Shown: positions 1 through 10,294 of the stretch, piece by piece | Layout: each line of letters starts with the position of its first letter | Numbering within the stretch: the first letter of the stretch is position 1 | Source: Fibrobacterales bacterium | GTDB lineage: Bacteria; Fibrobacterota; Fibrobacteria; Fibrobacterales; JAOPTW01 | Assembly: GCA_051532035.1 (NCBI GenBank) | Contig: JAOPTW010000011.1 | Coordinates: 32,001 to 96,000 of the forward strand | DNA: 64,000 bases | Direction of reading: 5' to 3' | Notes under the pieces: generated by a model | What the model was told of the DNA's origin: nothing | Seen by the model: only the letters and a program-made list of their open reading frames with translations | The model's database searches: none | Translations under genes and position numbers: made by a program

Positions 1-3000
1 CCCAAAATTACGCCATCGAATAATGATGCAACAGGGATTTCAGTCACGGCTTTGGGTACGGGAATCATTTATTATACTACCGATGGAACTGATCCATCTG
101 ATACATCTGAGGAATGGATTGACCGTGAAGTTATTTCTACGGGAACCTATCGGTTTAGAATCTATCGTGAATTCTATCTTCCCAGTGATATAGTGACTGC
201 TACTTATACTATCAATGGCCAGCTCGCTGCACCTTCGGTGGATGTCGTTGCAGGAGCGTATGCTACTATACAGAATATTGCTGTGACAGAACCCAGTGGG
301 AGTGAGGTTTTTTATACTACAGATGGTCAAGAACCAACTCAGAGCTCTACACCGGTTACGGGAACTATTACTATAGATGGGACGGCAACCTATCAGTTCA
401 AAGCATTTAAAGATGGTTGGGTTTCTAGTCCGCTAACTATTCGAACCTATACAATGGAAATTGCGGAACCTGTGGTTACTGAAGATGCAAATCATGCGAC
501 AGAGATCACGGTCATAGCAGAGAAATCAGTAGGAACTATTTATTATACTTCAGGAGTTACAAGTGCTATTCCTGAGCCCTCAGCATCAAATGGTACCCTC
601 TACTCGGGAGTAATACCCGTTCGAGGTTCAGCATATTATAAATTTAAGGAGTACCGTGATGGTTGGAGAGCAAGTCCAACAGTCATCCGCCATTATGTCA
701 TTAATGGATCGGCAACAACCCCCATTATAACCCCAGACAGAAGTGGTGCGAGTAGTGTTGCGGTAACTGCTTCAGTACCCGCTGGCACCATACACTACAC
801 TTTTGTGGCAAATGGTATTCCTAACGATCCGACTGATCTGTCGGCTACCTGGAGTGATCACTCGGTTACCTCAACGGGTACCTATAAATTTATTGTGTTT
901 CACACTGGTTTTACGCCGAGTGCTGTGGTGTCTGCTACCTATACCATAAATGGTCTTGCTCCTTATAGTAGCATAACAACCGATCGTTCAGCATCATCGT
1001 CAATACCGGTATCGGTGTCAGCATCGGGGAGTTCTGTCTATTTTAGTTCAACAACAAATGGTACGGAACCTGGAAGGCCATCAACCTCTTCTCCTTGGTC
1101 AGATCGTACACTATCGGGAGCGGGAACTCATAAGTATACCTTTCTCATCACCCGTTCAGGCTATGTCGAACAAATTGTGAGTCGAACCTATACCATAAAT
1201 GGTCTTGCTCCTTATAGTAGCATAACAACCGATCGTTCAGCATCATCGTCAATACCGGTATCGGTGTCAGCATCGGGGAGTTCTGTCTATTTTAGTTCAA
1301 CAACAAATGGTACGGAACCTGGAAGGCCATCTACTACTTCTCCTTGGTCAAATCGTACGCTATCGGGAGCGGGAACTCATAAGTATACCTTTCTCATCAC
1401 CCGTTCAGGCTATGTTGAACAAATTGTGAGTCGAACCTATACCATAAATGGTCTTGCTCCTTATAGTAGCATAACAACCGATCGTTCAGGGCCATCGTCA
1501 ATACCTGTTTCTGTGTCAGCATCGGGGAGTACTGTCTATTTTAGTTCAACAACAAATGGTACGGAACCTGGAAGGCCATCAACCTCTTCTCCTTGGTCAG
1601 ATCGTACAGTATCGGGACCGGGAACTCATAAGTATACCTTTCTCATCACCCGTTCAGGCTATGTTGAACAAATTGTGAGTCGGACCTATACCATAAATGG
1701 TCTTGCTCCTTATAGTAGCATAACAACCGATCGTTCAGCACCATCGTCAATACCGGTATCGGTGTCAGCATCGGGGAGTACTGTCTATTTTAGTTCAACA
1801 ACAAATGGTACGGAACCTGGAAGGCCATCAACCTCTTCTCCTTGGTCAGATCGTACAGTATCGGGACCGGGAACTCATCGGTATACCTTTCTCATCACTC
1901 GTTCGGGCTATGTCGAACAAGTTGTGAGTCGAACCTATACCATCAATGGTCTTGCTCCTTATAGTAGCATAACAACCAATCGTTCAGCAGCATCGTCAAT
2001 ACCTGTTTCTGTGTCAGCATCGGGGAGTTCTGTCTATTTTAGTTCAACAACAAATGGTACGGAACCTGGAAGGCCATCTACTACTTCTCCTTGGTCAAAT
2101 CGTACGCTATCGGGAGCGGGAACTCATAAGTATACCTTTCTCATCACCCGTTCAGGCTATGTCGAACAAATTGTGAGCCGAACCTATACCATAAATGGGC
2201 CAGCACCAACGCCTGTAGTGAGTAATGTAACAACAGGTAATGATAGAGTGTTCCTTACCGCGAGTGGTTCAGGTACAATACATTTTACCTATAATGCAAG
2301 TGCGTCTCCTCCAAATCCTACGAGTGGTTCGGCTCAATGGAGTAATAGGTTTATACTCCCGAGTACTGATGGCTATTATAGATTTATAAATGCAGTACCG
2401 GGCTATGAAGCAAGTGCAGCAGTAGAGCGTCATATGAGGGTGACACCAACATTTGCGCTTCCGACTCAATCGTTATCGTGTGGGACATATCGGGATGAAC
2501 AACAGATGACTGTTTCGTACAATACTGCAGGCACCCTTTATTACACAACGAATGGCGCTACACCGACTACCTCCTCTACACGATATACCGGGGCAATAAC
2601 CGTTGATCGGTCAACGAATTATAAATTTCGCACAATAGCGAGCGGCTGGAATCCAAGTCCAGTAAGGACCTGTAACATAACTTTAAAAGTATCTAACCCT
2701 GCTTTGCCGCCGAGTCAAACTTTTAACAATGGTGTGGATTTGATTCTATGGTCTTTTGATGATTCAGAGGTGCACTATACACGCGGTACTACTGAACCTA
2801 CTGAATCCAATGGTACAATTGTGGACAGGATCCATGCAAACTATACGCAAACATTAAATGTTAAAGCATTTAGAGACGGGTGGACTCCAAGTGATATGAT
2901 TTCGGAGACCTATACCTTTGTTATTTTAGAGCCTGATGTTACAGATAATAATACTACTGCTGCAGTTGGTTCATTGCCAATCACAGTAGATGCGTTGTCT

Positions 3001-3414
3001 GGAGCCACTGTACGATACACGCATTCTCAAACATCCAAACCATCAAACCCCATTTCAACGTCTTCGGAATGGTCTAATACATCAATTACTTCACCAGGCT
3101 ATTATAATTTTAAAGTATTCAATCAAAGTTGGACGGCGAGTAGTACTGTGGAACGTTTTTACAAACTTAAATTACCGACCCCTTCAATCAGTGCTACTCC
3201 GGTAGGGAATGTAAAAGTAACGGTTTCAAGTACAGTAGATGGCGCTCAATTAAGATATAGAGTAAGTGGTGGGAGTTGGATTTCTTATACAGGACCAGTT
3301 TCGTACCCATGTGCGGGGCCTGGATGTGGTCATGCTACCATTACTTTTGAGGCTCAGGCAACATTAACAAACTGGGAAGAAAGTAACGTGAGGTCACAAT
3401 CGGTGAATTTTTAA
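1..3414 (+). CDS. Large surface protein with many chitobiase/beta-hexosaminidase C-terminal (Fn3-associated) Ig-like repeats; 5'-truncated by the window edge
   Basis: Frame is open from base 1 (PKITPSNND...). Repeated 'IYYTTDGxxP...Y.F.AF.DGW..S......YT' modules are typical of CHB_HEX_C/Fn3-associated domains. Thr/Ser-rich. Confidence 0.75.
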   Translation, partial: PKITPSNNDATGISVTALGTGIIYYTTDGTDPSDTSEEWIDREVISTGTYRFRIYREFYLPSDIVTATYTINGQLAAPSVDVVAGAYATIQNIAVTEPSGSEVFYTTDGQEPTQSSTPVTGTITIDGTATYQFKAFKDGWVSSPLTIRTYTMEIAEPVVTEDANHATEITVIAEKSVGTIYYTSGVTSAIPEPSASNGTLYSGVIPVRGSAYYKFKEYRDGWRASPTVIRHYVINGSATTPIITPDRSGASSVAVTASVPAGTIHYTFVANGIPNDPTDLSATWSDHSVTSTGTYKFIVFHTGFTPSAVVSATYTINGLAPYSSITTDRSASSSIPVSVSASGSSVYFSSTTNGTEPGRPSTSSPWSDRTLSGAGTHKYTFLITRSGYVEQIVSRTYTINGLAPYSSITTDRSASSSIPVSVSASGSSVYFSSTTNGTEPGRPSTTSPWSNRTLSGAGTHKYTFLITRSGYVEQIVSRTYTINGLAPYSSITTDRSGPSSIPVSVSASGSTVYFSSTTNGTEPGRPSTSSPWSDRTVSGPGTHKYTFLITRSGYVEQIVSRTYTINGLAPYSSITTDRSAPSSIPVSVSASGSTVYFSSTTNGTEPGRPSTSSPWSDRTVSGPGTHRYTFLITRSGYVEQVVSRTYTINGLAPYSSITTNRSAASSIPVSVSASGSSVYFSSTTNGTEPGRPSTTSPWSNRTLSGAGTHKYTFLITRSGYVEQIVSRTYTINGPAPTPVVSNVTTGNDRVFLTASGSGTIHFTYNASASPPNPTSGSAQWSNRFILPSTDGYYRFINAVPGYEASAAVERHMRVTPTFALPTQSLSCGTYRDEQQMTVSYNTAGTLYYTTNGATPTTSSTRYTGAITVDRSTNYKFRTIASGWNPSPVRTCNITLKVSNPALPPSQTFNNGVDLILWSFDDSEVHYTRGTTEPTESNGTIVDRIHANYTQTLNVKAFRDGWTPSDMISETYTFVILEPDVTDNNTTAAVGSLPITVDALSGATVRYTHSQTSKPSNPISTSSEWSNTSITSPGYYNFKVFNQSWTASSTVERFYKLKLPTPSISATPVGNVKVTVSSTVDGAQLRYRVSGGSWISYTGPVSYPCAGPGCGHATITFEAQATLTNWEESNVRSQSVNF
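937..2198 (+). repeat. Intragenic tandem repeat, five near-identical 249-bp (83-aa) units plus the start of a sixth
   Basis: ACCTATACCAT(A/C)AATGG recurs at 937, 1186, 1435, 1684, 1933 and 2182 (period 249). Confidence 0.95.
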
Positions 3415-3511
3415 AATGGGGCAATTTAGGTTAGAACTCGTTAAATCTCCCGCTACCAAAGTAACAATTACTGGAGGAAGTTCGATAAGAGCTGTATTTG
3501 AATAATCCCCC

Positions 3512-4729
3512 CTAAACAAATTGCCCAGCTGCAAAGCCAGAAGACCAGGCCCACTGAAGATTAAATCCCCCCAAGTGTCCCGTCACATCAACAACTTCAC
3601 CAATAAAAAAGAGACCTGGTTGTTTTTTGCTCTCCATAGTCTTAGAGGAGAGTTCGTTGGTATCCACACCACCAAGGGTAACCTCTGCAGTACGGTAACC
3701 TTCGGTGCCACAGGGCTTCAGTATCCAATGATTGAGGTGATTACCTATTGTTTCTAGTACAGAGTCTGGGAGTTGTGCAATGGGCTGTTCTTTCCACTCA
3801 GCCCAGAAAAATGATTCGAGTTCTCCCACCATTTTTTTGGTGAGGTTCTTAGTCAGTAGATTTCGTAGAAGAGTTTTGGGACTGTTTTTCTTAGCATCAA
3901 TAAGCCAGTTATACATTGAAGTGTCGGGAAAGAGGTTCATGTAGATATCTTCTCCGGGTGCCCAATAATTTGATACTTGGAGGGATACTGGTCCACTGAG
4001 GCCACGGTGGGTAAAGAGGACGTTTTCTCTAAAGCTTATGGAGCCTGTTCCCATAACGACATCAAGGGCAAAACCCGATACGTTTGAGAAGAGTTCTTTT
4101 AATTTGTCTGAGAACATGAAAGGGACAAGGCCTGCCTGGAGTGGTTTGACGTCTAAGCCAAATTGTTTGGCAATGGTATGTCCATAATCGCAGGCACCGA
4201 CACCAGGGATTGAGAGGCCGCCAGTAGCTATAACTACAGACTGAGTGGTAAAATCACCCTCTACTGTTTCGATACGATACTGAGGTGAGTCTGCTTCGGT
4301 AGGTTCGAGGGCTTCAATAGAAGTTACTTCGTGTTTACACGCAATCTCTACATCGGCAGATTGACAGAGGTCAATGAGTAGATTGGATATGTCTTTGGCA
4401 GAATCGCTACAAAAGAGTTGGCCATGAGCGCGCTCTTCATAGGGAATGTTGTTTGTTTCAATGAGTTCTAAAAAGTCATATTGAGTGTAGCGATTGAGGG
4501 CTGACTTGCAAAAATGCTCATTGTGAGAAACAAAGTTTGAAGGCTCGGCAAACAGATTCGTGAAGTTACACTTGCCACCACCCGACATTAAAATCTTCCG
4601 ACCAGGCTTTTTACCTTTGTCCAAAATGAGTACACTCCGGCCGCGTTTTCCTGCTTCCCAAGCGCACATGAGTCCCGCTGCTCCTGCACCTACAATTATA
4701 ACGTCATATTGATCCAACTCACTCTCCAT
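3512..4729 (-). CDS. HI0933/YhiN (BaiN-like) family NAD(P)/FAD-dependent flavoprotein
   Basis: GAGAAG Rossmann motif, 'GRKILMSGGGKCNFTN', 'AEVTLGGV', 'GEVVDVTGHLGGFNLQWAWSSG'. Start moved to the ATG at 4729 (MESELDQYDV). Confidence 0.9.
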   Translation of the reverse strand: MESELDQYDVIIVGAGAAGLMCAWEAGKRGRSVLILDKGKKPGRKILMSGGGKCNFTNLFAEPSNFVSHNEHFCKSALNRYTQYDFLELIETNNIPYEERAHGQLFCSDSAKDISNLLIDLCQSADVEIACKHEVTSIEALEPTEADSPQYRIETVEGDFTTQSVVIATGGLSIPGVGACDYGHTIAKQFGLDVKPLQAGLVPFMFSDKLKELFSNVSGFALDVVMGTGSISFRENVLFTHRGLSGPVSLQVSNYWAPGEDIYMNLFPDTSMYNWLIDAKKNSPKTLLRNLLTKNLTKKMVGELESFFWAEWKEQPIAQLPDSVLETIGNHLNHWILKPCGTEGYRTAEVTLGGVDTNELSSKTMESKKQPGLFFIGEVVDVTGHLGGFNLQWAWSSGFAAGQFV

Positions 4730-4992
4730 GCCAATGATTGCTCTGTAATCGTCAAAACTAGCTTTTTCAGTTGAAAATAGCGCCGTGAGATTGGTTTCAG
4801 AGGGGGGAATGAGGGAGGGAGTACAAAAAAGACCACTCACTGAATAGTAAGTGGCTTTTAAGCTCCTTTGTGGTAAATTAGTGGCTTTATTACTGCTATT
4901 CTGAGCCTTAGTGTTCTCTTGTGGCCTATTAACTCTTACAAACTTGTATTATATTTGCGGTGCACCTCCTTCAACACTGGGACACACGAGGG

Positions 4993-5829
4993 ATGACACA
5001 CACTAATATCTACAGTTTTCACGACTACCGTGAATTCTTAAAAGCCTATCTTGATTGTCAAAAAGCGACTAATCCGCTGTTTTCACACCGTTGGTTTACT
5101 CAAAAAGCAGGGTATCGTTCAACAGGACTGTTCCTGGATATTGTACAGAATAAAAGTAATCTGACGGTCAATATGGCATCTAAGTTTGCAAAAGCGATGA
5201 AGTTGAGTGAACGTGAACATGAGTATCTCGTATTACTCATTCTGTATGATTCGTGCAAAAATGATACCGCAAAAGAGCAGTACCTCGAAGAGATTACACG
5301 TTTTGTACCCACCAAATACACACAACTAAAAGAGCACCACCGGCGCTATTATGAGAATTGGTACTATAGTGCCATTCGAGAGGCACTTTGTATCTTAGAT
5401 ATTGATGAGAATAGCAAGGAGCTTGCGAGGTTTTTAAAGCCCAATATTACTGATGCACAGGTAGATGAAGCCTTGGAGACGTTAAGAGAGCTCGATCTGA
5501 TAGAGCAGAATGATGATGGCTTTTGGAAGGCGCGGAATAACTGCCTTTCTGCAGGTGCAGAAATAGGAACCGAGAGTATCCGTACCTATCACCACAACAT
5601 GATCACCCTTGCACGAGAGTCCATTACACGATTTACACCAGACAAAAGGTATGTAACCTCTCAATCATTGGCTATCTCTAAAAACAAGTACACAGAGCTT
5701 CTCAATAAGATTAAAACCATATATATGGAGCTGTTTGATAGTGTTGGTGACGATACCGATGAACAGTTTGTTTACCAATTTAATATTCAGTTTTTTCCAC
5801 TCACAGAATCAGTAACCCTTTCTGATTAA
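4993..5829 (+). CDS. TIGR02147 family protein (N-terminal HTH-like region plus DUF4423-like C-terminus)
   Basis: 'DYREFLK...FSHRWF..KAG', 'YYENWYYSAIRE', C-terminal 'VYQFNIQFFPL'. ATG at 4993 follows GAGG. Confidence 0.85.
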   Translation: MTHTNIYSFHDYREFLKAYLDCQKATNPLFSHRWFTQKAGYRSTGLFLDIVQNKSNLTVNMASKFAKAMKLSEREHEYLVLLILYDSCKNDTAKEQYLEEITRFVPTKYTQLKEHHRRYYENWYYSAIREALCILDIDENSKELARFLKPNITDAQVDEALETLRELDLIEQNDDGFWKARNNCLSAGAEIGTESIRTYHHNMITLARESITRFTPDKRYVTSQSLAISKNKYTELLNKIKTIYMELFDSVGDDTDEQFVYQFNIQFFPLTESVTLSD

Positions 5830-5839
5830 TGAGGACTTT

Positions 5840-7561
5840 ATGAAACAATCAATGATCACTTTTATAGCTTCTGCCATGGCTCTTTTGTTGTGGCACTGTA
5901 CTTTGTCTGAAACGAGCGGTACGGCTTCGGGAGCAGAAAATGCAATAGCAGGGGTTGTCTATTATCCTGACTCATCAGTTGCAGCCGGGGTTCCTGTTGC
6001 ATTGAGACAAGGAAGCATAAATCCTAATACCGAAACGATAGTGTTTAAGGACACAACTAATGTACGGGGTGAGTTTTCCTTTGTTCACAGTATGGACTCG
6101 GGTGTAATAGTTGTAGCCCATGAGTATCAATCAGAAGTTGTTGGAGAACGGGTAGCAGTTTCTCTCGATGATGAAAGTATTGTCATAAACCTTAAGGAAA
6201 CATACGATTTTTCTATTGTAGTTCCGGTGTATTTCGATACGGTTCAATTATGGGTAGAGGGTGATAGTATTGCTGTACAAGGGTTTGCAGGCGATACATT
6301 GCTATTACCTTCCATACCTATTGGGAAACGAACACTGTATATAGAACAAGACTCTTTAATAATTACTGATACGATAGTGATACCAGATGAAAGAGCGGTG
6401 AATATCCCCGTTGAATCCTCCAGTGCGAAAAATACCCTATCATCTTCGACACAGCTTGCTGCTGTTGTTGAGCTATCTTCGACACAGGATCCTGTTGTTG
6501 TTGAACTATCTTCATCAAGTGTAACCGTTGACACTGTACCAGTGAGTAACGCGGGGTCTGATACGTCGTGGTATTTTTCTCATGAAATTGATAGCACCAA
6601 TCCACTTACTTTTTCTGTGGAGAGTTTCCATTTTGCAATTAATAATATATCAGAACGGGTCTATCCAACGTTTGCAAAAGCGCCCGATCATTATGATCAT
6701 TTAATCTGGGAGACATTGGACCCCGAAGTGTTTCATATTAAGGGTGATACTTTTGTATTTAATGACTTTGGTGTCGGGAGGTTGAGAATGGTTGATACCG
6801 TAGAATGGCGTGAAGGGATTTTACCGATACATGTTGATTTCTATTTTGATGATAGGGGGACCAATGCGACCTTTACACTCGGCGATGATTCGTTGGACGT
6901 CTATACTCAATTATTGAGTGGCAGAGCCAACAGTGATAACGAGGGGACAATCTATACTACCGTATTGCTTGATGGTATAAGAATTATGAGAGAAAATTTG
7001 ATTATGATTACTGACTCAGGGAGTAGTTGTTATGATGAGGATGATGAAAACTGTGAAACATATGGACGTCTCTATAATTGGGAACAAGCAAAAAAGAGTT
7101 GCCCTGATGGCTGGAGGATTCCCATGAATAGTGAGTGGAGCCGCATTGGCAAATATATTACCCAACAAGAATCTCTTAACGCAGGCCTCTGGGGTATCTG
7201 GCCTGTGGGGAAACAGATGATGCAAGACACTCTTGGACTTTGGTTGGATAGTATGGATATTGCTCTTGATCTTCCTGGAGATCGACATGGCTTTTCTGCA
7301 GTTCCAGCGGGTTATTTTGATGCAACGACACAAACCTACCGTGACTTGCAGCATGGAACAGTATTTTGGAGTATTGATGACGAGAGCCCAGAAGATCGCA
7401 CAACTATTACATGGTCCTTACATTCCGATTCTCAAAATTTTATACGTTCGGGCATAGAATCGCTGCGTCCTTATAATGGTCAAACGAGTGAAACGACACT
7501 CACTGAGTTTCCAGACCTTTCTCAGAACTATTATTCGGTACGGTGTATTCGAGACCAATAA
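5840..7561 (+). CDS. Lipoprotein with C-terminal FISUMP (Fib_succ_major) domain
   Basis: Lipobox Cys and Ser-rich linker; 'CYD....CETYGRLYNWEQAKKSCPDGWRIP..SEW', 'GFSAVPAG', terminal 'SVRCIRD'. Confidence 0.85.
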   Translation: MKQSMITFIASAMALLLWHCTLSETSGTASGAENAIAGVVYYPDSSVAAGVPVALRQGSINPNTETIVFKDTTNVRGEFSFVHSMDSGVIVVAHEYQSEVVGERVAVSLDDESIVINLKETYDFSIVVPVYFDTVQLWVEGDSIAVQGFAGDTLLLPSIPIGKRTLYIEQDSLIITDTIVIPDERAVNIPVESSSAKNTLSSSTQLAAVVELSSTQDPVVVELSSSSVTVDTVPVSNAGSDTSWYFSHEIDSTNPLTFSVESFHFAINNISERVYPTFAKAPDHYDHLIWETLDPEVFHIKGDTFVFNDFGVGRLRMVDTVEWREGILPIHVDFYFDDRGTNATFTLGDDSLDVYTQLLSGRANSDNEGTIYTTVLLDGIRIMRENLIMITDSGSSCYDEDDENCETYGRLYNWEQAKKSCPDGWRIPMNSEWSRIGKYITQQESLNAGLWGIWPVGKQMMQDTLGLWLDSMDIALDLPGDRHGFSAVPAGYFDATTQTYRDLQHGTVFWSIDDESPEDRTTITWSLHSDSQNFIRSGIESLRPYNGQTSETTLTEFPDLSQNYYSVRCIRDQ

Positions 7562-7610
7562 CTCGAACAGAGGGAAAGAAACTTCGGAACATCTTCGGAA
7601 CGATAGATTT

Positions 7611-7644
7611 TGGGATATCATGGTAATACAGGATATCCCATTTT
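7611..7644 (+). terminator. Probable intrinsic terminator
   Basis: TGGGATATC-N12-GATATCCCA followed by TTTT, downstream of the 5840-7561 gene. Confidence 0.5.
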
Positions 7645-7721
7645 AATGTAAATCTCAAATGATACCTTTGGTTTTAGCGGTACACGCTTAATAACACACA
7701 CACATACACAAGGGAATCAAA

Positions 7722-8435
7722 ATGAATTTTTCTAAACTTATTGTCATTACCACCACTTCAATGCTCCTTGCTTTTGGCGCAGCATCTGCAAAAGAGTACA
7801 AGCTTATTTCAGGTGTAAATACAATCGTAACGGCATCATCAACAGAAAGTGAAATGTATCCAGTATCTCATCTGAATGATTATGACGCTGAAAGCCGTTG
7901 GTCGTCAGATTGGTCGGATGTACAATCAGTAGAGATGGACTTTAATGCTCGCAAACCTATTGATAAAATAGTTCTTAACTGGGAATCAGCTTTTGCACGT
8001 TCAATTAAAATTTATGGAAAAAAGTTTAATGAACAATCGAGTTGGGAACTTATTTATGATGCAAATGGTACTCTTAATGGTGGCGAAACAGTAATAGAGA
8101 AGAAACTTGGTAGTTTCCGTATACTTAAATTCGAAATGTCAGAAAGAGCACTCCAACAATATGGTATCTCTCTTTACGAAATAGAAGTGTATTCTGAAAG
8201 GAATCATCTTCTTGCAAAAGAAATCACTCTTGAAGCACAGAGCAGCTACCACTACGGTCAAGCTGATGAGTGTAATAGCGCTAATCACGGTAAAATGGTT
8301 TTGGTCGCACATAACTACAAATCAACGTCACCACATAGTTATATTAAAGCGTGTCTGATGAACTCATACATTGAAGATGGTAAAACAAATATATTCTTTG
8401 ATTGGGTTGATGTCGCGACAGGCGCACACGACTAA
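7722..8435 (+). CDS. Secreted discoidin (F5/8 type C, CBM32-like) domain protein
   Basis: Signal peptide; 'ASSTE...D.D..SRWSSDWSD.Q', 'LNWESAFA', 'YGISLYEIEVY'. Confidence 0.8.
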   Translation: MNFSKLIVITTTSMLLAFGAASAKEYKLISGVNTIVTASSTESEMYPVSHLNDYDAESRWSSDWSDVQSVEMDFNARKPIDKIVLNWESAFARSIKIYGKKFNEQSSWELIYDANGTLNGGETVIEKKLGSFRILKFEMSERALQQYGISLYEIEVYSERNHLLAKEITLEAQSSYHYGQADECNSANHGKMVLVAHNYKSTSPHSYIKACLMNSYIEDGKTNIFFDWVDVATGAHD

Positions 8436-8494
8436 AATAGTGTACGTAAAAGTTCTATTTTTTTTGATGTGAACTTCATAATTTGACAATAATT

Positions 8495-8530
8495 GAGGGA
8501 GTGGTAATTGTTTTACTGCTCTCTTTTTTT
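8495..8530 (+). terminator. Probable intrinsic terminator
   Basis: GAGGGAGTGGTAA...TTACTGCTCTC stem (with G-U pairs) followed by a T run. Confidence 0.5.
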
Positions 8531-8550
8531 ATGTTTAACAGTGAAAATTA

Positions 8551-9003
8551 ATGAGGAAATTCTTAATGTATTACGTACTGGCTCTTTGTTTTTTATGTAT
8601 ACCACTTTTCTTGTCTGCGGCATCATCCGACCGAAAGAACTATGGTACTCTTATTTGCGATGAAGTAACGTCAATTTATGATGGGGATACGTTTCGATGT
8701 ACTATAAAAGATGTGCATCCACTTATCGGGAATAGAGTGAGTATTCGAGTGAATGGGGTAGATACACCTGAAATGAAAGGGAAAAGCAAGAAAGAGGTTA
8801 TTCTCGCCAGAAAAGCCAAGAAACGAACGGTCTCCTTTGTGAGAAACTGCCCTGAGAAGATTGCCCTTAAAAATGTAAGCCGTGGTAAATACTTTAGAAT
8901 CGCTGCAGATGTGTATTGTGGTAAGGAGTCTCTAGCCAAAACTCTCATCGATGAAGATCTCGGATATGAGTATTATGGAGGGAGAAAAAGGAAGTGGCGA
9001 TAG
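8551..9003 (+). CDS. Thermonuclease (SNase-like) family secreted nuclease
   Basis: 'YDGDTF', 'IRVNGVDTPE', 'GKYFRIAADV'; N-terminal signal peptide. Confidence 0.9.
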   Translation: MRKFLMYYVLALCFLCIPLFLSAASSDRKNYGTLICDEVTSIYDGDTFRCTIKDVHPLIGNRVSIRVNGVDTPEMKGKSKKEVILARKAKKRTVSFVRNCPEKIALKNVSRGKYFRIAADVYCGKESLAKTLIDEDLGYEYYGGRKRKWR

Positions 9004-9151
9004 TTACATTGCTCTATACAGCTCAAATTATCTCCTTTGCTTACCTTGGGTAAACGTGTGAATTTTTAATCATTTTTCTATCTTTGCCCTTATTCAGGTA
9101 TGATAACTCCCTATAGTATCGTCATACCACAGTTCATAGAGAGGGTTTATT

Positions 9152-10270
9152 ATGAAGTACCGTTTAGTGTCGTTACTGCTGACTACAGCAGTTCTATTGT
9201 TTCAATCTGGCTGTCTGTTTTCTGAGTCTTATTCTGTTGCACCGTTAGGAAATTCTTCTGGAGAATCACAAAGTTCTTCTGAAGAGCTACCAGAAGGTGA
9301 GTATCCATCAAGTTTTGATCCTGATGACTGGGGTTTTGAAGCGGATATGGAAAATGTTGAGACCATGGACGTTGATATCTATTATACAGATGGTCGAGGG
9401 GCTGTTCTAAAGGATGATAATGATGAACCAGTAGTTGCTGAAGATACTATTGTCGAGTATATTCCCGTACCATTTTACGTAGATCACCATTTTATTGGTG
9501 AAGGCTGGATGGGGGCTGGAAGTAAAGAGGGATATATGAATCTTCACAGGGACTGTGAAATTGGGCCCGTTGATAGAAAAGGGGGCTACATTGAGGATAG
9601 TGAAGAGCTTGAGGAAGGTGATAGTTATAAACCTAATATTAATCTCTGTAAGCATTATGTGTTTAAACCCGATTATGATGATGATGATGTTGTTACTAAT
9701 TGGGTTGGAGTTGCTTGGCTTTGGAATTCAAATTGGGGATTGGAGCCTACTGAGTTAATACGCATTGGTCCAGGTGCTCGAAAAATAAGTTTTTGGGCCA
9801 AATCAGCTCGGGCCTCTAAAACGGTGTATAATTCGGATGAATCGGGCCTCTGGTATCTTACTGAACCAGATAACTCTACAACCTCTCGAGAACATAACCA
9901 TAGTATTGGTATAGGAGTCTGTGGAAATAGAGGAGGACAATGTGATTGGGACCCAATGAGTATGGAATTTGTGGTCAGCCTCTCTGATAAATGGGAATAC
10001 TTTGAGTTACCTCTTCCTGAAAAAACATATGTAACCTATCAAGATATGTTTCAAATGGACACTCTCACTGTTATCGATAGAGATTTTCCGCATCTTGTTT
10101 CATTTGGGTTTATGTGGACTAATGCTCAATATGATACTCCTGAAGGTGACTCTCTTGATTTTTATATAGATAGAATCCGTTATTCTGATGAACCTCTGTA
10201 TGGAGGGACACCAGGTATCTACGAAACAACTATTACTGGGTATGATATTACTAGACAGTTGAGTGAATAG
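9152..10270 (+). CDS. Hypothetical acidic lipoprotein, possibly with a carbohydrate-binding beta-sandwich
   Basis: Lipobox 'QSGC' and Ser-rich linker; 'KISFWAKS' and 'FYIDRIRY' resemble CBM-like strands. Confidence 0.5.
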   Translation: MKYRLVSLLLTTAVLLFQSGCLFSESYSVAPLGNSSGESQSSSEELPEGEYPSSFDPDDWGFEADMENVETMDVDIYYTDGRGAVLKDDNDEPVVAEDTIVEYIPVPFYVDHHFIGEGWMGAGSKEGYMNLHRDCEIGPVDRKGGYIEDSEELEEGDSYKPNINLCKHYVFKPDYDDDDVVTNWVGVAWLWNSNWGLEPTELIRIGPGARKISFWAKSARASKTVYNSDESGLWYLTEPDNSTTSREHNHSIGIGVCGNRGGQCDWDPMSMEFVVSLSDKWEYFELPLPEKTYVTYQDMFQMDTLTVIDRDFPHLVSFGFMWTNAQYDTPEGDSLDFYIDRIRYSDEPLYGGTPGIYETTITGYDITRQLSE

Positions 10271-10294
10271 CTAGAATAACCTCAAAGCATAGTA

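Noticed and set aside
937..2198. Long tandem repeats as a CRISPR array or mobile element
   Set aside because: Units are contiguous, in-frame 249-bp coding repeats with no unique spacers and no cas genes
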